A stretch of DNA of 63,072 nt, counting the filler, from Octopus bimaculoides (taxonomy: Eukaryota): assembly GCF_001194135.2 (NCBI RefSeq). It is 10 parts of 9 records of this genome, joined end to end, with 100 filler letters (N's around TTAATTAATTAA, not from the genome) between each part and the next. Parts side by side here need not be neighbours in the genome. Positions count along the whole stretch, not along the records: positions 44,865 to 54,990 come from NC_068982.1; positions 55,091 to 57,036 come from NW_026349018.1; positions 57,137 to 61,385 come from NC_068992.1; positions 61,486 to 63,072 come from NC_068997.1; 6 more parts are not named here. The stretch is one strand, 5' to 3'. The notes under the pieces were generated by a model. That model made no database searches, was not told where the DNA came from, and saw only the letters and a program-made list of their open reading frames with translations. Positions within the stretch are counted from its first letter, which is position 1. Each line of letters opens with the position of its first letter. Shown piece by piece: positions 49,325 to 63,034 of this stretch. The position numbers were made by a program, and so were the translations under genes.

Positions 49325-49725
49325 TCCTTACTCTTTTACTTGTTTCAGTCATTTGACTGTGGTCATGCTGGAGCAGCGTCTTTAGTCAAGCAAATCGACC
49401 CCAGGACTTATTCTTTGTAAGCCTAGTACTTATTTTATCTGGATCTTTTTGCCGAACCGCTAAGTTACAGGGACATAAACACACCAGCATCAGTTGTCAA
49501 GCGATGTTGGGGGGACAAACACAGACACACACATATGCATATATATATATATACATATATACAACGGGCTTCTTTCAGTTTCCATCTACCAAATCCACTC
49601 ACAAGGCTTTTGTCGGCCCATGGCTATAGTTGAAGACACTTGCCCAAGGTGCCACGCAGTGGGACTGAACCCGGAACCATGTGGTTCATAAGCAAGCTAC
49701 TTACCACACAGCCACTCCTACGCCT
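49325..49725 (-). mobile_element. Full-length bipartite SINE (tRNA head + CORE-like B, internal (TA/CA)n, family C 3' part)
   Basis: Family B at 49560-49725 is contiguous with family C at 49325-49530 through a microsatellite. Confidence 0.88.
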
Positions 49726-49829
49726 GAAGGAGTGCTTAATTTTGCTATAATTAGTATTTGTCACTATCATTTCTATAATTATTAAATATTATAAATTATT
49801 ATATAATGTATAAATAATATTATAATATA

Positions 49830-50043
49830 CGAGGGAGTGCTGAAAAGTTCCTGGCTTTAAATTTGTCGCAAAAGGCCTGGTTGAAGACCCAACCTGAGTT
49901 CTTTTACAGGGCTTAGAATAAGTTAAGGATGACAGCAATAAGTGTGTGAACCTGAGAGGGGAACATGTTGAATAAAATTATAATTAGCTGATCCTCGTGT
50001 ATTTTCTTTTACTCAATGCCCGGAACTTTTCATCTCTTCCTTG
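49830..50043. mobile_element. Mariner-derived non-autonomous element
   Basis: TA|CGAGGGAGTGCTGAAAAGTTCCTGGC left end and GCCCGGAACTTTTCATCTCTTCCTTG right end. Confidence 0.8.
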
Positions 50044-50366
50044 TTATATAGAATATTATATTGGTTCTGTCCATGCTACCATGGAAAACAGATGTTAAAT
50101 GATGATGATGAAGATAAACTTTTTATTTGTTTTAAAATCTTATTGTATCCTTAGGAATTCTATTTCATCTGTTCTAGATATCATATTATAGTAGAAAGTT
50201 GCTTCCTGTTTTCTTTCACAAACTTAACACCATTCAGTATCCTATTACAATATATCAACTTCATACCTGGTGTATACACCATATGTTCATGTTTTAAAGG
50301 AAAAAGAAAAACACTAATCAACAACAGGTGTATAAATATATTCATGAATTAAACCAGATATGTATA

Positions 50367-50645
50367 CAACTGCAGCGTGGAAGGTGTTTATAAGCCATTT
50401 AAAAACACACAAAAAACCGTCAGATTCACTTCAACATTTAAATTTAATTTGTCAAAATATTTTTGTCGCTTTGAAACCATGACCTGATCACTGACAAAAT
50501 TACATGCTGCACGGAATTTTGTCAGTGAAGGTCGCAGTTTCAAAGTGGCAAAAATATTTTGACAAATTAAATTTAAATGTTGAAATGAATCTAACAGGTT
50601 TTTCTGTTTTTAAATGGCTTATAAACACCTTCCACGCTGCAATTG
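50367..50645. mobile_element. 279-bp foldback MITE
   Basis: About 125-bp inverted arms (CAACTGCAGCGTGGAAGGTGTTTATAAGCCATTTAAAAAC... and ...GTTTTTAAATGGCTTATAAACACCTTCCACGCTGCAATTG). Confidence 0.9.
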
Positions 50646-52083
50646 TTTTTGTTTCAGCACGCGATCTAGATCATGTTACTTGCTATGTAAGTACATCTCC
50701 ATAAATGTACACAACAGTTTTCTGCAAAGTTTCTAGCGCCCAAATTTTATACAGAAAGGCTTTGGTCCACCTGTGAAAAGGATACTTGCTCAAAATGTTG
50801 CATAGTTAAATTGAACCCATACCCATGCGGCTATAAAGCAAATTTCTTAATCACACACACACGCACACACACACACACGCACGCACACACGCACATGCAC
50901 ACACACACACACACGCACAAACACACACACGCACAAACACACACACTTACATTCACATATACTAATACACACATATGCCCTCACACATACACTTATACAC
51001 AAATAACTACATACATTTTCTTCTTCAGCACAAGCAGATTAAAATAAATAAATTCAGTTATGCATTTAAATATTTAACATAAACAGATTAATTGCAATCT
51101 GGCATTCTTGACAAAAAGTTTACCTGACTAGTTCAATATTTTACAGTGATAGCAATATTTGAGTGAGTGGCAGTGATTGAGGCCAAGGACAGGCCTTGGG
51201 AAATGTAATGATTGTCAGCATGATGACATGGATATCTCAGGTAGCTTTGAAAAATAAATTGAATTAAGATAATCCAAAATGGATACTATCTAGAAAAAGA
51301 AAATAAAAGATAAAAAAGGCCATAGCTGTTAAGTTATCTTGTTAATCACAGACTTTAATCTTAATTAGAGTATAAGTAGACATACATAAAATTTGACCTG
51401 GCATAAAATAGTGGACTTGGTACCATCCAATTTCATAAAATTTATCAATTAATTTTTCTAATATTCTTTTTCTTTTATCGAGTGTGTCTGTGTGTGTACA
51501 TGTGTGGAATAAATATGGGCAAATATGAGAGAAAAACTTTGAAGTTGAAAGCTGTTGTTCAGTAATTTCACACCCAAACAGATCAAACAATAATATAGAA
51601 GTATTCCATCAGATACCACTTGATAACAATTCAGTGAGTGGACACAATTAAGAAGCAAACTTCTTAGCCATGTAGTCATCCTGACACTGATATATATGAA
51701 AAGATATTTATTGTCTCATTTCCCTATTTCCCACTTCCCCAACCCCCCTACTTGGCAATAGGTATGGACCCATCCTAATCACACATCATCTCCTGTCCAG
51801 TACACTCTTGTTTCCTCATCACTTGCCTTCTTGTCACCTTTGTTTGTCTATTAGTATCAGCCTCACGGAGGTAAAGTGACTGAATTCCTTTCGTGTGTTG
51901 GGCTTCACAGAGGCAAAGTGGCTGAGTTCCTCTTGAGCATTGGGCCTCACAGTGGCAATGACCAAAACCTTTGGCATTATGGCATGTTGGCAACAATAAT
52001 GCTCGGATATGCTCTTAACGTTCCACTGGCACGAGTGCCGATCAGGCGGTACTGTCATCGTCCATAAATTAATAATGTTTTTG

Positions 52084-52658
52084 AGTTTTGACAGAAGGCC
52101 AGCAACTTTGGGGGAGGGGGTTTGTCAATTAGATTGACCCTCCAGGATTCAGCTGGTCCTTATTTTATTGACCCCAAAAGGATGAAAAGTAAAATCAACC
52201 TCAGCAGCATTTGAACCCTGGCTGGAAAGCTGCTAAGCATATTGTCTGGCATGGTAATGACTCTACCAGCTTGCCACCTTAATGGACTAATACTACTTAA
52301 TAATACCTGATGAGGCATAAATTTCTCTTCCCATTTTCCCTTCATCTCTGATCATGAGTGGTGCCCTTCTTTCTCAGACTAAAACCACATAAAATAAAAA
52401 TAACCTTTATTTTCAATCATTAGTCAATGATGGTTAGTATTCACAAATAGCAAGCTGGCAGAATCATTGGGATGCAGGAGAAGATGCTGAGCAGCATTTC
52501 ATCCATTTTTATATTCTGAGTTCAAATTCCACTGTGATTGACTTTACCTTTCATCCTTTCAGGGTTAATAAAATAAGCACCAGTTGAGCACTGGGATCAA
52601 TTTAATTGACTTAGCCCCTCCCCCCAAAACTGCAGGCCTTGTACCAAAATTTGAATCA
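52084..52658. mobile_element. Inverted pair of SINE family A (minus 52084-52278, plus 52450-52658)
   Basis: Family A motifs in opposite orientations about 170 bp apart. Confidence 0.85.
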
Positions 52659-52699
52659 CATATTCACAAACAGCTGATTTGTGTCAGTAGATACGAGGT

Positions 52700-53007
52700 T
52701 GTTGCCAGTGCCGCTCGAGGTCATTGCCAGTGCCTCTGGACTGGCTCCTGTGTAGATGGCACATAAAATACACCATTTTGAGCATGGCCATTGCCAGTAC
52801 CACCTAACTGGCCTTCGTGCCGGTAGCACGTAAAAGCACCCACTACACTCTCGGAGTGGTTGGCGTTAGGAAGGGCATCCAGCTGTAGAAACTCTGCCAG
52901 ATCAGGTTGGAGGCTGGTGTTGCCATCTGGTTTCACCAGTCCTCAGTCAAATTGTCCAACCCAAGCTAGCATGGAAAGCAGACGTTAAACGATGTTGATG
53001 ATGATGA
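52700..53007 (+). mobile_element. RTE 3' UTR copy with (GAT)n tail
   Basis: Reverse complement of 20515-20800. Confidence 0.9.
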
Positions 53008-54068
53008 GATCCACTTGGCATTATAGAAGAGTCAGTAAAAAACAGACTTTTCAGGACCAAATTGACACAAAATAATTTGAACTTTTAATAGTCATTTGAT
53101 AAATCTGTATATTNNNNNNNNNNNNNNNNNNNNNNNNNNNNNNNNNNNNNNNNNNNNNNNNNNNNNNNNNNNNNNNNNNNNNNNNNNNNNNNNNNNNNNN
53201 NNNNNNNNNNNNNNNNNNNNNNNNNNNNNNNNNNNNNNNNNNNNNNNNNNNNNNNNNNNNNNNNNNNNNNNNNNNNNNNNNNNNNNNNNNNNNNNNNNNN
53301 NNNNNNNNNNNNNNNNNNNNNNNNNNNNNNNNNNNNNNNNNNNNNNNNNNNNNNNNNNNNNNNNNNNNNNNNNNNNNNNNNNNNNNNNNNNNNNNNNNNN
53401 NNNNNNNNNNNNNNNNNNNNNNNNNNNNNNNNNNNNNNNNNNNNNNNNNNNNNNNNNNNNNNNNNNNNNNNNNNNNNNNNNNNNNNNNNNNNNNNNNNNN
53501 NNNNNNNNNNNNNNNNNNNNNNNNNNNNNNNNNNNNNNNNNNNNNNNNNNNNNNNNNNNNNNNNNNNNNNNNNNNNNNNNNNNNNNNNNNNNNNNNNNNN
53601 NNNNNNNNNNNNNNNNNNNNNNNNNNNNNNNNNNNNNNNNNNNNNNNNNNNNNNNNNNNNNNNNNNNNNNNNNNNNNNNNNNNNNNNNNNNNNNNNNNNN
53701 NNNNNNNNNNNNNNNNNNNNNNNNNNNNNNNNNNNNNNNNNNNNNNNNNNNNNNNNNNNNNNNNNNNNNNNNNNNNNNNNNNNNNNNNNNNNNNNNNNNN
53801 NNNNNNNNNNNNNNNNNNNNNNNNNNNNNNNNNNNNNNNNNNNNNNNNNNNNNNNNNNNNNNNNNNNNNNNNNNNNNNNNNNNNNNNNNNNNNNNNNNNN
53901 NNNNNNNNNNNNNNNNNNNNNNNNNNNNNNNNNNNNNNNNNNNNNNNNNNNNNNNNNNNNNNNNNNNNNNNNNNNNNNNNNNNNNNNNNNNNNNNNNNNN
54001 NNNNNNNNTGGTGGTGATGGTGGTGGTGGTCGTCGTCGTCGTCGTCGTGGTTGTGGTGGTCATGGTGG

Positions 54069-54099
<31 letters not shown>

Positions 54100-54569
54100 G
54101 GTGCTGGTGGTAGGCAAGTACAGGTCATGATGATGACAAACAAAATTAAGAGTTTAAAGAATCCTAGCGATTCTGCTGAAAAACATATTGGAAGAAGAAG
54201 AAAATGAAACAAGCAAATAATTTTTATTTTAAAAAGAAGCACAAAATGTCATAGAATTACCAAAAGTGAAAATATTGCAATAATTTTTTTTAGTAGATAA
54301 GAAGGAAAAGGAAGAACATCAAAATGTCTAAAACATTTCTTCATATCTGTATATGTTATATATGTTGATTCTTTAAACTGTATCAATGCAATGATCCAAT
54401 TTTCTACAGTGTGATGTTCTTGCCCATTTGGTGACAATTATAATATTAGAGACCAAATATTGATTGTTGTAACAAGAATCTGCCACTTAAACTGATTCTA
54501 ACAGAGAATTTTACCAAATAATAATTCCACTTAAATGAAATAATACCATTCACCAAGCTGTTTGGAAAT

Positions 54570-55502
54570 TAATGGTATATCCCATACACACACACTCTAA
54601 CATTCATACACACATACATACATACATACATACATACACACATACATACATGCATGCATGCATGCATACATACATACATACATACATACATACATACATA
54701 CATACAAACATACAAGTATGCATATACATACATACATACATACATACATACATAACAACATACAAGTATGCATATACATACATACATACATACATACATA
54801 CATACATAAAGCAGCAAAAACATCACTGAAACATCACAAAAATCTGCAACTCAGAGTTTCACATTCCTGTTCATCAGACAGTTTACATTAAGAATGAATC
54901 AAAATTAAGTTGGCATGTAAGTGGGTGTGTCGTAAGTATATATATATATATATATATATATAGATTTCAACTAACCTAAATATATAAATANNNNNNNNNN
55001 NNNNNNNNNNNNNNNNNNNNNNNNNNNNNNNNNNTTAATTAATTAANNNNNNNNNNNNNNNNNNNNNNNNNNNNNNNNNNNNNNNNNNNNCGTCACCACC
55101 ACCACCACCACCACCACCACCATCACCACCACCAACCGTGTCATACAGGTATATATATGTTATCCATCAGTTACCTATCCAACACACACACACATACACA
55201 CACACACACTGAACGTTGGTGCAAAAATTACAAGTATTAGACGGAAATAACAGACAACCTCTATTATTACAAATGGCGGCTTTAAACTACAAATTCAATT
55301 ATTGCACTTGTTGTTATTAATAATAATAATGATGAAGTAATCATTATAACAGTTATTACTGTTATTAAAGAAACGATCAGTTTTTTATTATTACTATAAT
55401 CATCATTATTATTGGGACTAACACAGCTACTGCTACCAGCTTTGGTAGTCTATTATTGTTGTGATTATTATTATTATTATAAGGGTTATATCATTATTAT
55501 TA

Positions 55503-55548
<46 letters not shown>

Positions 55549-55641
55549 CATTATTATTACTACTACTGCTACTGCTGCTACTACTACTACTACTACAACT
55601 ACTAATACGACTGCTGCTGCTGTACAACTACTACTACTACA

Positions 55642-55689
<48 letters not shown>

Positions 55690-55799
55690 GTTGTTGTTGT
55701 TGTTATTATTGATGCTATTACCGTTATTGGATTTATTAGTATTATTTTTATTTTATTGATGTTATTATTAATCTCCCTTGTGGCAAATGAAACCATTGA

Positions 55800-55893
<94 letters not shown>

Positions 55894-56560
55894 TATTATT
55901 ACTANNNNNNNNNNNNNNNNNNNNNNNNNNNNNNNNNNNNNNNNNNNNNNNNNNNNNNNNNNNNNNNNNNNNNNNNNNNNNNNNNNNNNNNNNNNNNNNN
56001 NNNNNNNNNNNNNNNNNNNNNNNNNNNNNNNNNNNNNNNNNNNNNNNNNNNNNNNNNNNNNNNNNNNNNNNNNNNNNNNNNNNNNNNNNNNNNNNNNNNN
56101 NNNNNNNNNNNNNNNNNNNNNNNNNNNNNNNNNNNNNNNNNNNNNNNNNNNNNNNNNNNNNNNNNNNNNNNNNNNNNNNNNNNNNNNNNNNNNNNNNNNN
56201 NNNNNNNNNNNNNNNNNNNNNNNNNNNNNNNNNNNNNNNNNNNNNNNNNNNNNNNNNNNNNNNNNNNNNNNNNNNNNNNNNNNNNNNNNNNNNNNNNNNN
56301 NNNNNNNNNNNNNNNNNNNNNNNNNNNNNNNNNNNNNNNNNNNNNNNNNNNNNNNNNNNNNNNNNNNNNNNNNNNNNNNNNNNNNNNNNNNNNNNNNNNN
56401 NNNNNNNNNNNNNNNNNNNNNNNNNNNNNNNNNNNNNNNNTCTTATCATCATCAATGTCAACATCGTCACCTTTTATGTAACCTACGGGAAAATAATACC
56501 AATAATAATAATGATAATGATGATGATGATGATGATAAGAATAATAATACAACTACTACC

Positions 56561-56598
<38 letters not shown>

Positions 56599-56830
56599 TA
56601 ATAAGCAATAGTATTGATAGCGATAATTGTAATGGTTGTAGTATTGAAAGTAGTAGAAATATTTGTACTAATCTTGTTGGTTCGGAGTTTATAAGAAGGG
56701 AGTGATAAAATACAACAACAACAACAAGAACACAAAGCCAATAACAACGACGACAGTATCAGCACGACGACGGCGACCACCACCACCACCACCGCCAACA
56801 ACAACAACAACAACAACAAAAACCACATGC
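54570..56830. repeat. Microsatellite-rich zone: (CATA)n, (ACC)n, (ATT)n, (ACT)n, (AAC)n
   Basis: Directly visible. Source of the poly-I/L/Y/T ORFs. Confidence 0.95.
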
Positions 56831-57335
56831 TCGACATATTAATTAAGTGTGTTGATGAGAACGACAATATTGACTGTTGTAATGTTGTTTGGAGATAATA
56901 ACTGAAATTGTCTAATTTAGATAACAGAATTAATTATAGTATTTTAGTTCCGATAGTATTAGAAGAAATGTTACCGGGGACACACACACACACATATATA
57001 TATGTATATATATGTATATATACATACATACATATANNNNNNNNNNNNNNNNNNNNNNNNNNNNNNNNNNNNNNNNNNNNTTAATTAATTAANNNNNNNN
57101 NNNNNNNNNNNNNNNNNNNNNNNNNNNNNNNNNNNNGCTTCTTGTAACCTCTTAAATAGTTGTTGACTCTTGACAGTCAGCAACTTTTGAACGGGTTGCA
57201 AGAAGCATCGAACATTTTAGGAAAATGAAAAGTAAATGAGTGGAAATCGAATCGGTGAGTGTGTTAATTAATAAAGCATTAAAATACAATGACTCCCCAG
57301 ACACAACAATACATACACACACACACACACACACA

Positions 57336-57487
57336 GCAGGCTTCTTTCAGTTTCCGTCTCACTAACGCACAGGAAAGGCTTCGGTCGATCCGAGTCTCAA
57401 GTAGACGGCACTAGCCAAACGTTTCACGCAGTGGGACTGAACAAGAAACTATGAGGTTGGGAAGCAAGTTCCTAGCCACGTCTGCAC
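57336..57487 (-). mobile_element. CORE-type SINE family B, diverged
   Basis: GGCTTCTTTCAGTTTCCGTCT...CACGCAGTGGGACTGAAC. Confidence 0.8.
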
Positions 57488-58206
57488 CATTGTGTATATC
57501 TGCATTATACTTGGATGTGTACATGACTGCATGAGCTTGTATACGTTGACATAAGTATTTGTATGTCAGACTAAACAAAAACCGATCACTGGCAACATAT
57601 ACTAATCTTCTACTTTTGTTTATTTTCCTACATTATTTCCATCCTAAATATCATCATCATTATAAAGCATTGCCTCGTCATCCGCCTACTTTTTATCGTT
57701 ATGGTCGTCTATGACGCAGCAGTTACTGTTGTGTATTGTAGAAAATACTACTATTGCCCTTCTCAATACTTGAAGCTAGGCCACTGCCAATATATTCGTC
57801 ACTGCTTATCTTGATATATACTGCAGGAGATCTCATTGGAAATCTAACTTTGGCGTGCAACCAGTATAATATTGAACGCCTTAGTCAGAATTCACACGAG
57901 ATACAAAAATTACATTCATTTCTCGCATTATTGTTTCTACGTTTTATATAATATGGGATATATTTTGCATGTGCTGATGTTAATGTATACGAACATGACC
58001 AATGGTGAATAGTATGAGATCGCTACTATGATTTGTCAATACATGTATACATAATTGATAACATGGATTTTTGCTTTAACTCCTGTGTTCAAAGATTACT
58101 ATTACTTCGTTTTCTGACACCATCCCAAATTACGTTAACTGTATTAAATAGAAGAAATATTTTCTCTCTCTCCCTCCCTCCATCCCCCTCTCACTCTCTC
58201 TCTCTC

Positions 58207-58246
<40 letters not shown>

Positions 58247-60049
58247 GATANNNNNNNNNNNNNNNNNNNNNNNNNNNNNNNNNNNNNNNNNNNNNNNNNN
58301 NNNNNNNNNNNNNNNNNNNNNNNNNNNNNNNNNNNNNNNNNNNNNNNNNNNNNNNNNNNNNNNNNNNNNNNNNNNNNNNNNNNNNNNNNNNNNNNNNNNN
58401 NNNNNNNNNNNNNNNNNNNNNNNNNNNNNNNNNNNNNNNNNNNNNNNNNNNNNNNNNNNNNNNNNNNNNNNNNNNNNNNNNNNNNNNNNNNNNNNNNNNN
58501 NNNNNNNNNNNNNNNNNNNNNNNNNNNNNNNNNNNNNNNNNNNNNNNNNNNNNNNNNNNNNNNNNNNNNNNNNNNNNNNNNNNNNNNNNNNNNTACGCAT
58601 TCATTACGGACTATGATATTAAGAAGCATCTAAGTTGTGGAAACGAACGTAGCAATGTATTAAAGTATTTATGAATTCCGCACAAGTATCATTATTCTTA
58701 TTACTATATTTAACCTACATTATATGAACACAGCTCGCATAATAAAACAGTAACTATCATATGCATATTCCAAACTTTTTTCCGTAAATGAAATTAAAGG
58801 ATATATATATATAGTTTAACACAGAGGAAATAGTCAATGATATCAGAAACATTTGCAAGGGTGTATATAAATTAGCTATTAGCGATGGAAGTAGCTTTAA
58901 GTATCTAATGATTTCTCTTTTTAGCATTTAACGTCTATAGGAAATGGATTCTCATGAAGTTTACCGCAGTCTAAAGCGTTCCCGACAACGCATCTAAGTT
59001 ATGTTGTAGTGTAAATACTGCTTTCATTACTAGCACCTACAATGTGTGTGTGTATGTGTGTGAGTGTGTGTGTACGTGTGTGTGTGTGTGTGTGTATGTG
59101 TGTGTGTGTGTGTGTGTCTATGTCTGTGTCTGTGTCTATGTGCGTGTGTGTATATGTGTATTTGTGATGGCGCAAGATCATGGTTTCAATTCCTGTACCA
59201 GGTGATACGTTAAGTTCATGGGCAAAACACTATCTCACGTTGTTCTACGACCACTTCGATGACTGTCGTGTGGTACACTCGGCACCTGTCCAGGCAACGT
59301 CTGTTTGATAGATGTAGTGATCAAATGTTTGGGGAGCACAAACATTTGATCGCTATTAACAAATCATTTGCGCAGGTTGTACGCCCAGAATCAGCAGAAA
59401 TCTTTTTCGGACTACGAGACACTACCATATATATATACATGCATGCGTTTATATATTTGCCTATCGACAAGCAGGTTTGCTGTAGATTAACTAACTGGTG
59501 AAGTAAATAAAAGCAACTTGTATTTCGTCCACCGTATAACGTCTGTTAGTTTAATCTATTCAATCGATAAACAGAATATCGATAAAATTTAAACAATGCA
59601 AAAGACTTGCGTTAATAAAATATTTTAAACAAACGTGCAAATTATTCTCTCATTCTGGCCACAATCTAAAGTCTAAAATCATCAAAATATTGAATATATC
59701 GATATACGTATGCACATGTTTCTCTATGCCTCCTTGTAAATGTGTCTGTGTGACTACATGAATGTGTCGGTATAGATGTTGTTCTCATTATTGTTGTTGA
59801 CATATTTTATTCAGAGAGTCAACATACATGACAGAATATAGTATCCAGACACCCATTAAGACACTCGTAAATTAATGGTATTTTAACCAAATTTTATCTC
59901 GACTGAAATAAAATAGATATACTGCAGATAAACTAAATACAGCGTTTTCTGTATCTGTTTATCATAGCTACCTCTATGTAAGAGATAGATGTAAGCAATA
60001 TCCACATACATACATACATACATACATACATACATACATACATACATAC

Positions 60050-60180
60050 ACAGTTCGAATTTACAGAAAACAGAAGATGAATACACGTCAGGGAACAACA
60101 GGCAAGTGTATTAGTCTGACTCTCGGGAAGAACAGAACACTCTTTGATGTTTCGAGCATACGCTCTTTGACAGAATACAT
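60050..60180 (-). mobile_element. Second copy of the 4700-4870 repeat
   Basis: CAAGTGTATTAGT.TGAC.CTCGGGAA...GTTTCGAGC.TACGCTCTT. Confidence 0.75.
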
Positions 60181-60919
60181 GTATATATATATATATATAT
60201 ATNNNNNNNNNNTCAAAAGGATGTGTTATAATACTATTCCACATATACAAAAACAGCCATACCAACAATCCAACACCTTCATCGTCAGCTGCCCCACGGA
60301 TATCATTATGGTTTCGACACCTGGGCAGGGCAGTTCAGGCGGTGTCAATAGCACTAAAATAAGTGTTGTTCGGGAACAAACAAACCAAAGAAACCACAAG
60401 TTTCAAACACATTTACTCTATGTACAACCGTATCAGTAAATAAATTTAATAAATTCATTACAACCAACTCCTAAATACGTACCTAAACAGCGACCAATCT
60501 TTTAAGTCATACACTATATATATATAGCTTATTTTGTGTGTACAAACACACGTATGGCTATAACTGTTAAACTTTGTGTTCCACGTAGATTAACCTCATT
60601 CAGCCTGTTTCTAGTATATACATTAAGCTCGTACTATACTTATAAATATTACAAATTATGATATACTGAGCAAAAGTAGGAGAAATAACGATAAACACTA
60701 AAAATGAATATACAGGGATGACAATTAACGTGGAGGGTCATTACTTTTCCATGTACGGGTATATCGTGAATAAATTCGAGGTATTTGCATTTTCTCTATT
60801 ACGTACTTTTTGCCTACATTTCTAGAGTTACTGTATGGATAACAATTAAACAGTAGAGTAAAAATTCTCTCTGAATTTGTTTTAAAGCCAGCAATTTGGA
60901 AAGGAGGGAGAAAAATCAA

Positions 60920-61073
60920 TTACATCGAATCCAATATTTAGCAGGTAATTTAATTCATCGACCTTGAAACGATAAAAGTTAAATTCGGAGGAATTCGAAC
61001 TCAGAAAGTAATGAGACGATATAAATACTACAACCCAATTCGTCCAAAAGCCTAAGGACACCGCCAGCTCGCC
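60920..61073 (-). mobile_element. SINE family A, diverged
   Basis: ATTCGAACTCAGAA...CGCCAGCTCGCC. Confidence 0.7.
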
Positions 61074-61332
61074 AACTGAACTGTAGTCTATAAATTGACA
61101 TGGATTTGGCTGCTATTTCCAGCTGCTCTTGCAACAGTTTCGAGACTCCCTCGAGTGTTTGACTATATATGTGTAATTTTCAATATATGATTGTCAAATA
61201 TTAACCATTTTATTAGATTTAAATTAATCAGTTACAGCAGCTCGTTTAATAAATTTCTACTAAAGCTACGTGAGCAGCACACAGGACCAAAACAAAGAAA
61301 CAAACAGAAAACTAGATATTCAAGCAAGTACC

Positions 61333-61370
<38 letters not shown>

Positions 61371-61485
61371 GCCATACATACATATNNNNNNNNNNNNNNN
61401 NNNNNNNNNNNNNNNNNNNNNNNNNNNNNTTAATTAATTAANNNNNNNNNNNNNNNNNNNNNNNNNNNNNNNNNNNNNNNNNNNN

Positions 61486-61537
<52 letters not shown>

Positions 61538-61937
61538 GTATATGTATATGTTTGTGTCTGTATAAATATATACATATATATTTATATATGCATTAATATG
61601 TATCTATTACCATATGCATATATGTATTGTGTATGTGTTTGTCTGTGCTTGTTAATTTGTGTGTGTGTGCGTGTACGTGTGTGTATGCGTGTGTGTGTGC
61701 TCTCATATACTTTATTATTTCTCTGATTTTCTTTTTATGCATTTTAAAATTTTTCTTTTTATTTTAGTTTACCATTTTTTCCTTTTTTACTTTTTCTTTT
61801 TTTTTTTCAAGACTTCAGATTTTACTCATAGGTGAAACACATAATATCTAAATAAAAATAAAAATAAAAAGGCGACGCATACTAATTTTACTTTCACATA
61901 GTCTTCTTTTCTTCTTATCAGAAAAAAAAAAGAATAA

Positions 61938-62180
61938 CACGTTATGCTGGATACTGCCGGAGAAGCAAGGATGAAACATCTATCGACTTCCCCCCATCTG
62001 GAACTCTACGAATGGACATACTGGTATCGGCAGGCCAAGAAGAGCAAACATCGATCAACTTGTTGAAGGCAGTGGATATCAAGTTGAAGATATGAAAACT
62101 GCTGTGGAAGACCAGGACATCTGGAGTAGAAGAGTTGCATTTGTCCGGGCAAGTCGCATGACCGGATGGATTGACAGATT
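61938..62180 (+). mobile_element. RTE-clade LINE 3' coding end
   Basis: RYAGYCRRSKDE...NGHTGIGRPRR..IDQLVEGSGYQVEDMKTAVEDQDIWSRRV. Confidence 0.75.
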
Positions 62181-62620
62181 CTTTTTTAGCTTCTTTATTT
62201 TCAGGCTATGCTCTGCAGTAAATTGTTCTATCCTTAGGTTGTTCCAGATGCCTATCAGCTTGTTTTTTTGTTTTTGTTTTTTTTTTGCTTTTTTGTTTTT
62301 TTCATGAGAAGAGATGGAAACATCTTGCTGGGACTCTCTTCAATTATGGATGAAGGGTTGCTATAATGGTTCTTCCAAGACCCTTCGTACAGGGAAACGT
62401 ACCCGATTCTGAAAGAAAACGGAAGACACCGAGAGAGGGGGTGAAAGAGAGTGAGGTAGAAAGAGAGAGAGTGAGAGAAAGACAGAGAGGGGAAGGGCAA
62501 AGAGTGAGGATGATAGAGAGGGAGAAAGAGGTAGGGGAGAAAGAGAGATGGGGAAGTGAGAGAGAAATGGAGAAGTAAGAGAGAGGAGAAGTGAAAGAGA
62601 AATTGGGAGTTAGCGAGAGG

Positions 62621-62698
62621 GATAGCAAAATGAGAGGAAGAGATAGCAAAATGAGTGGAAGAGATAGCAAAATGAGAGGAAGAGATAGCAAAATGAGA
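62621..62698 (+). repeat. 21-bp minisatellite (gatagcaaaatgagaggaaga) x3.7
   Basis: Units start at 62621, 62642, 62663 and 62684. Confidence 0.9.
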
Positions 62699-62838
62699 GA
62701 GCGAGTAAGGAGAGGAGGAGGGTAGAAGGGGTGTGGAGAGAAGGAGAAAAGACACTGAGGGGAGAGATGGAAAGGTGAAGTGATCATTGCAACCTGGTAC
62801 GGGTCCATTTGAAAATTGTTAGAAAATTGTTAGTAAAC

Positions 62839-63010
62839 GGAGCCTCAGGAGTGGCTGTGTGGTAAGTAGCCTGCTTACCAACCATATGGTTCCGGATTCA
62901 GTCCCATTGCGTGGCACCTTTGGCAAGTGTCTTCTTCTACTATAGCCTCGGACCGACCAAAGTCTTGTGAGTGGATTTGGTAGACGGAAACTGAAAGAAG
63001 CCCGTCGTAT
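62839..63010 (+). mobile_element. CORE-type SINE family B
   Basis: GGAGTGGCTGTGTGGTAAGTAGC...GGCACCTTTGGCAAGTGTCTT...GAAAGAAGCCCGTCGTATATAT. Confidence 0.92.
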
Positions 63011-63034
63011 ATATGTGTATATATATATATATAC

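Noticed and set aside
57575-57811. Hydrophobic frame ending in RKYYYCPSQYLKLGHCQYIRHCLS
   Set aside because: Low-complexity AT-rich context, an odd Cys count, and no processing sites or splice signals.
62621-62698. Regular repeats resembling a CRISPR array
   Set aside because: Contiguous 21-bp units with no spacers in eukaryotic DNA: a minisatellite.
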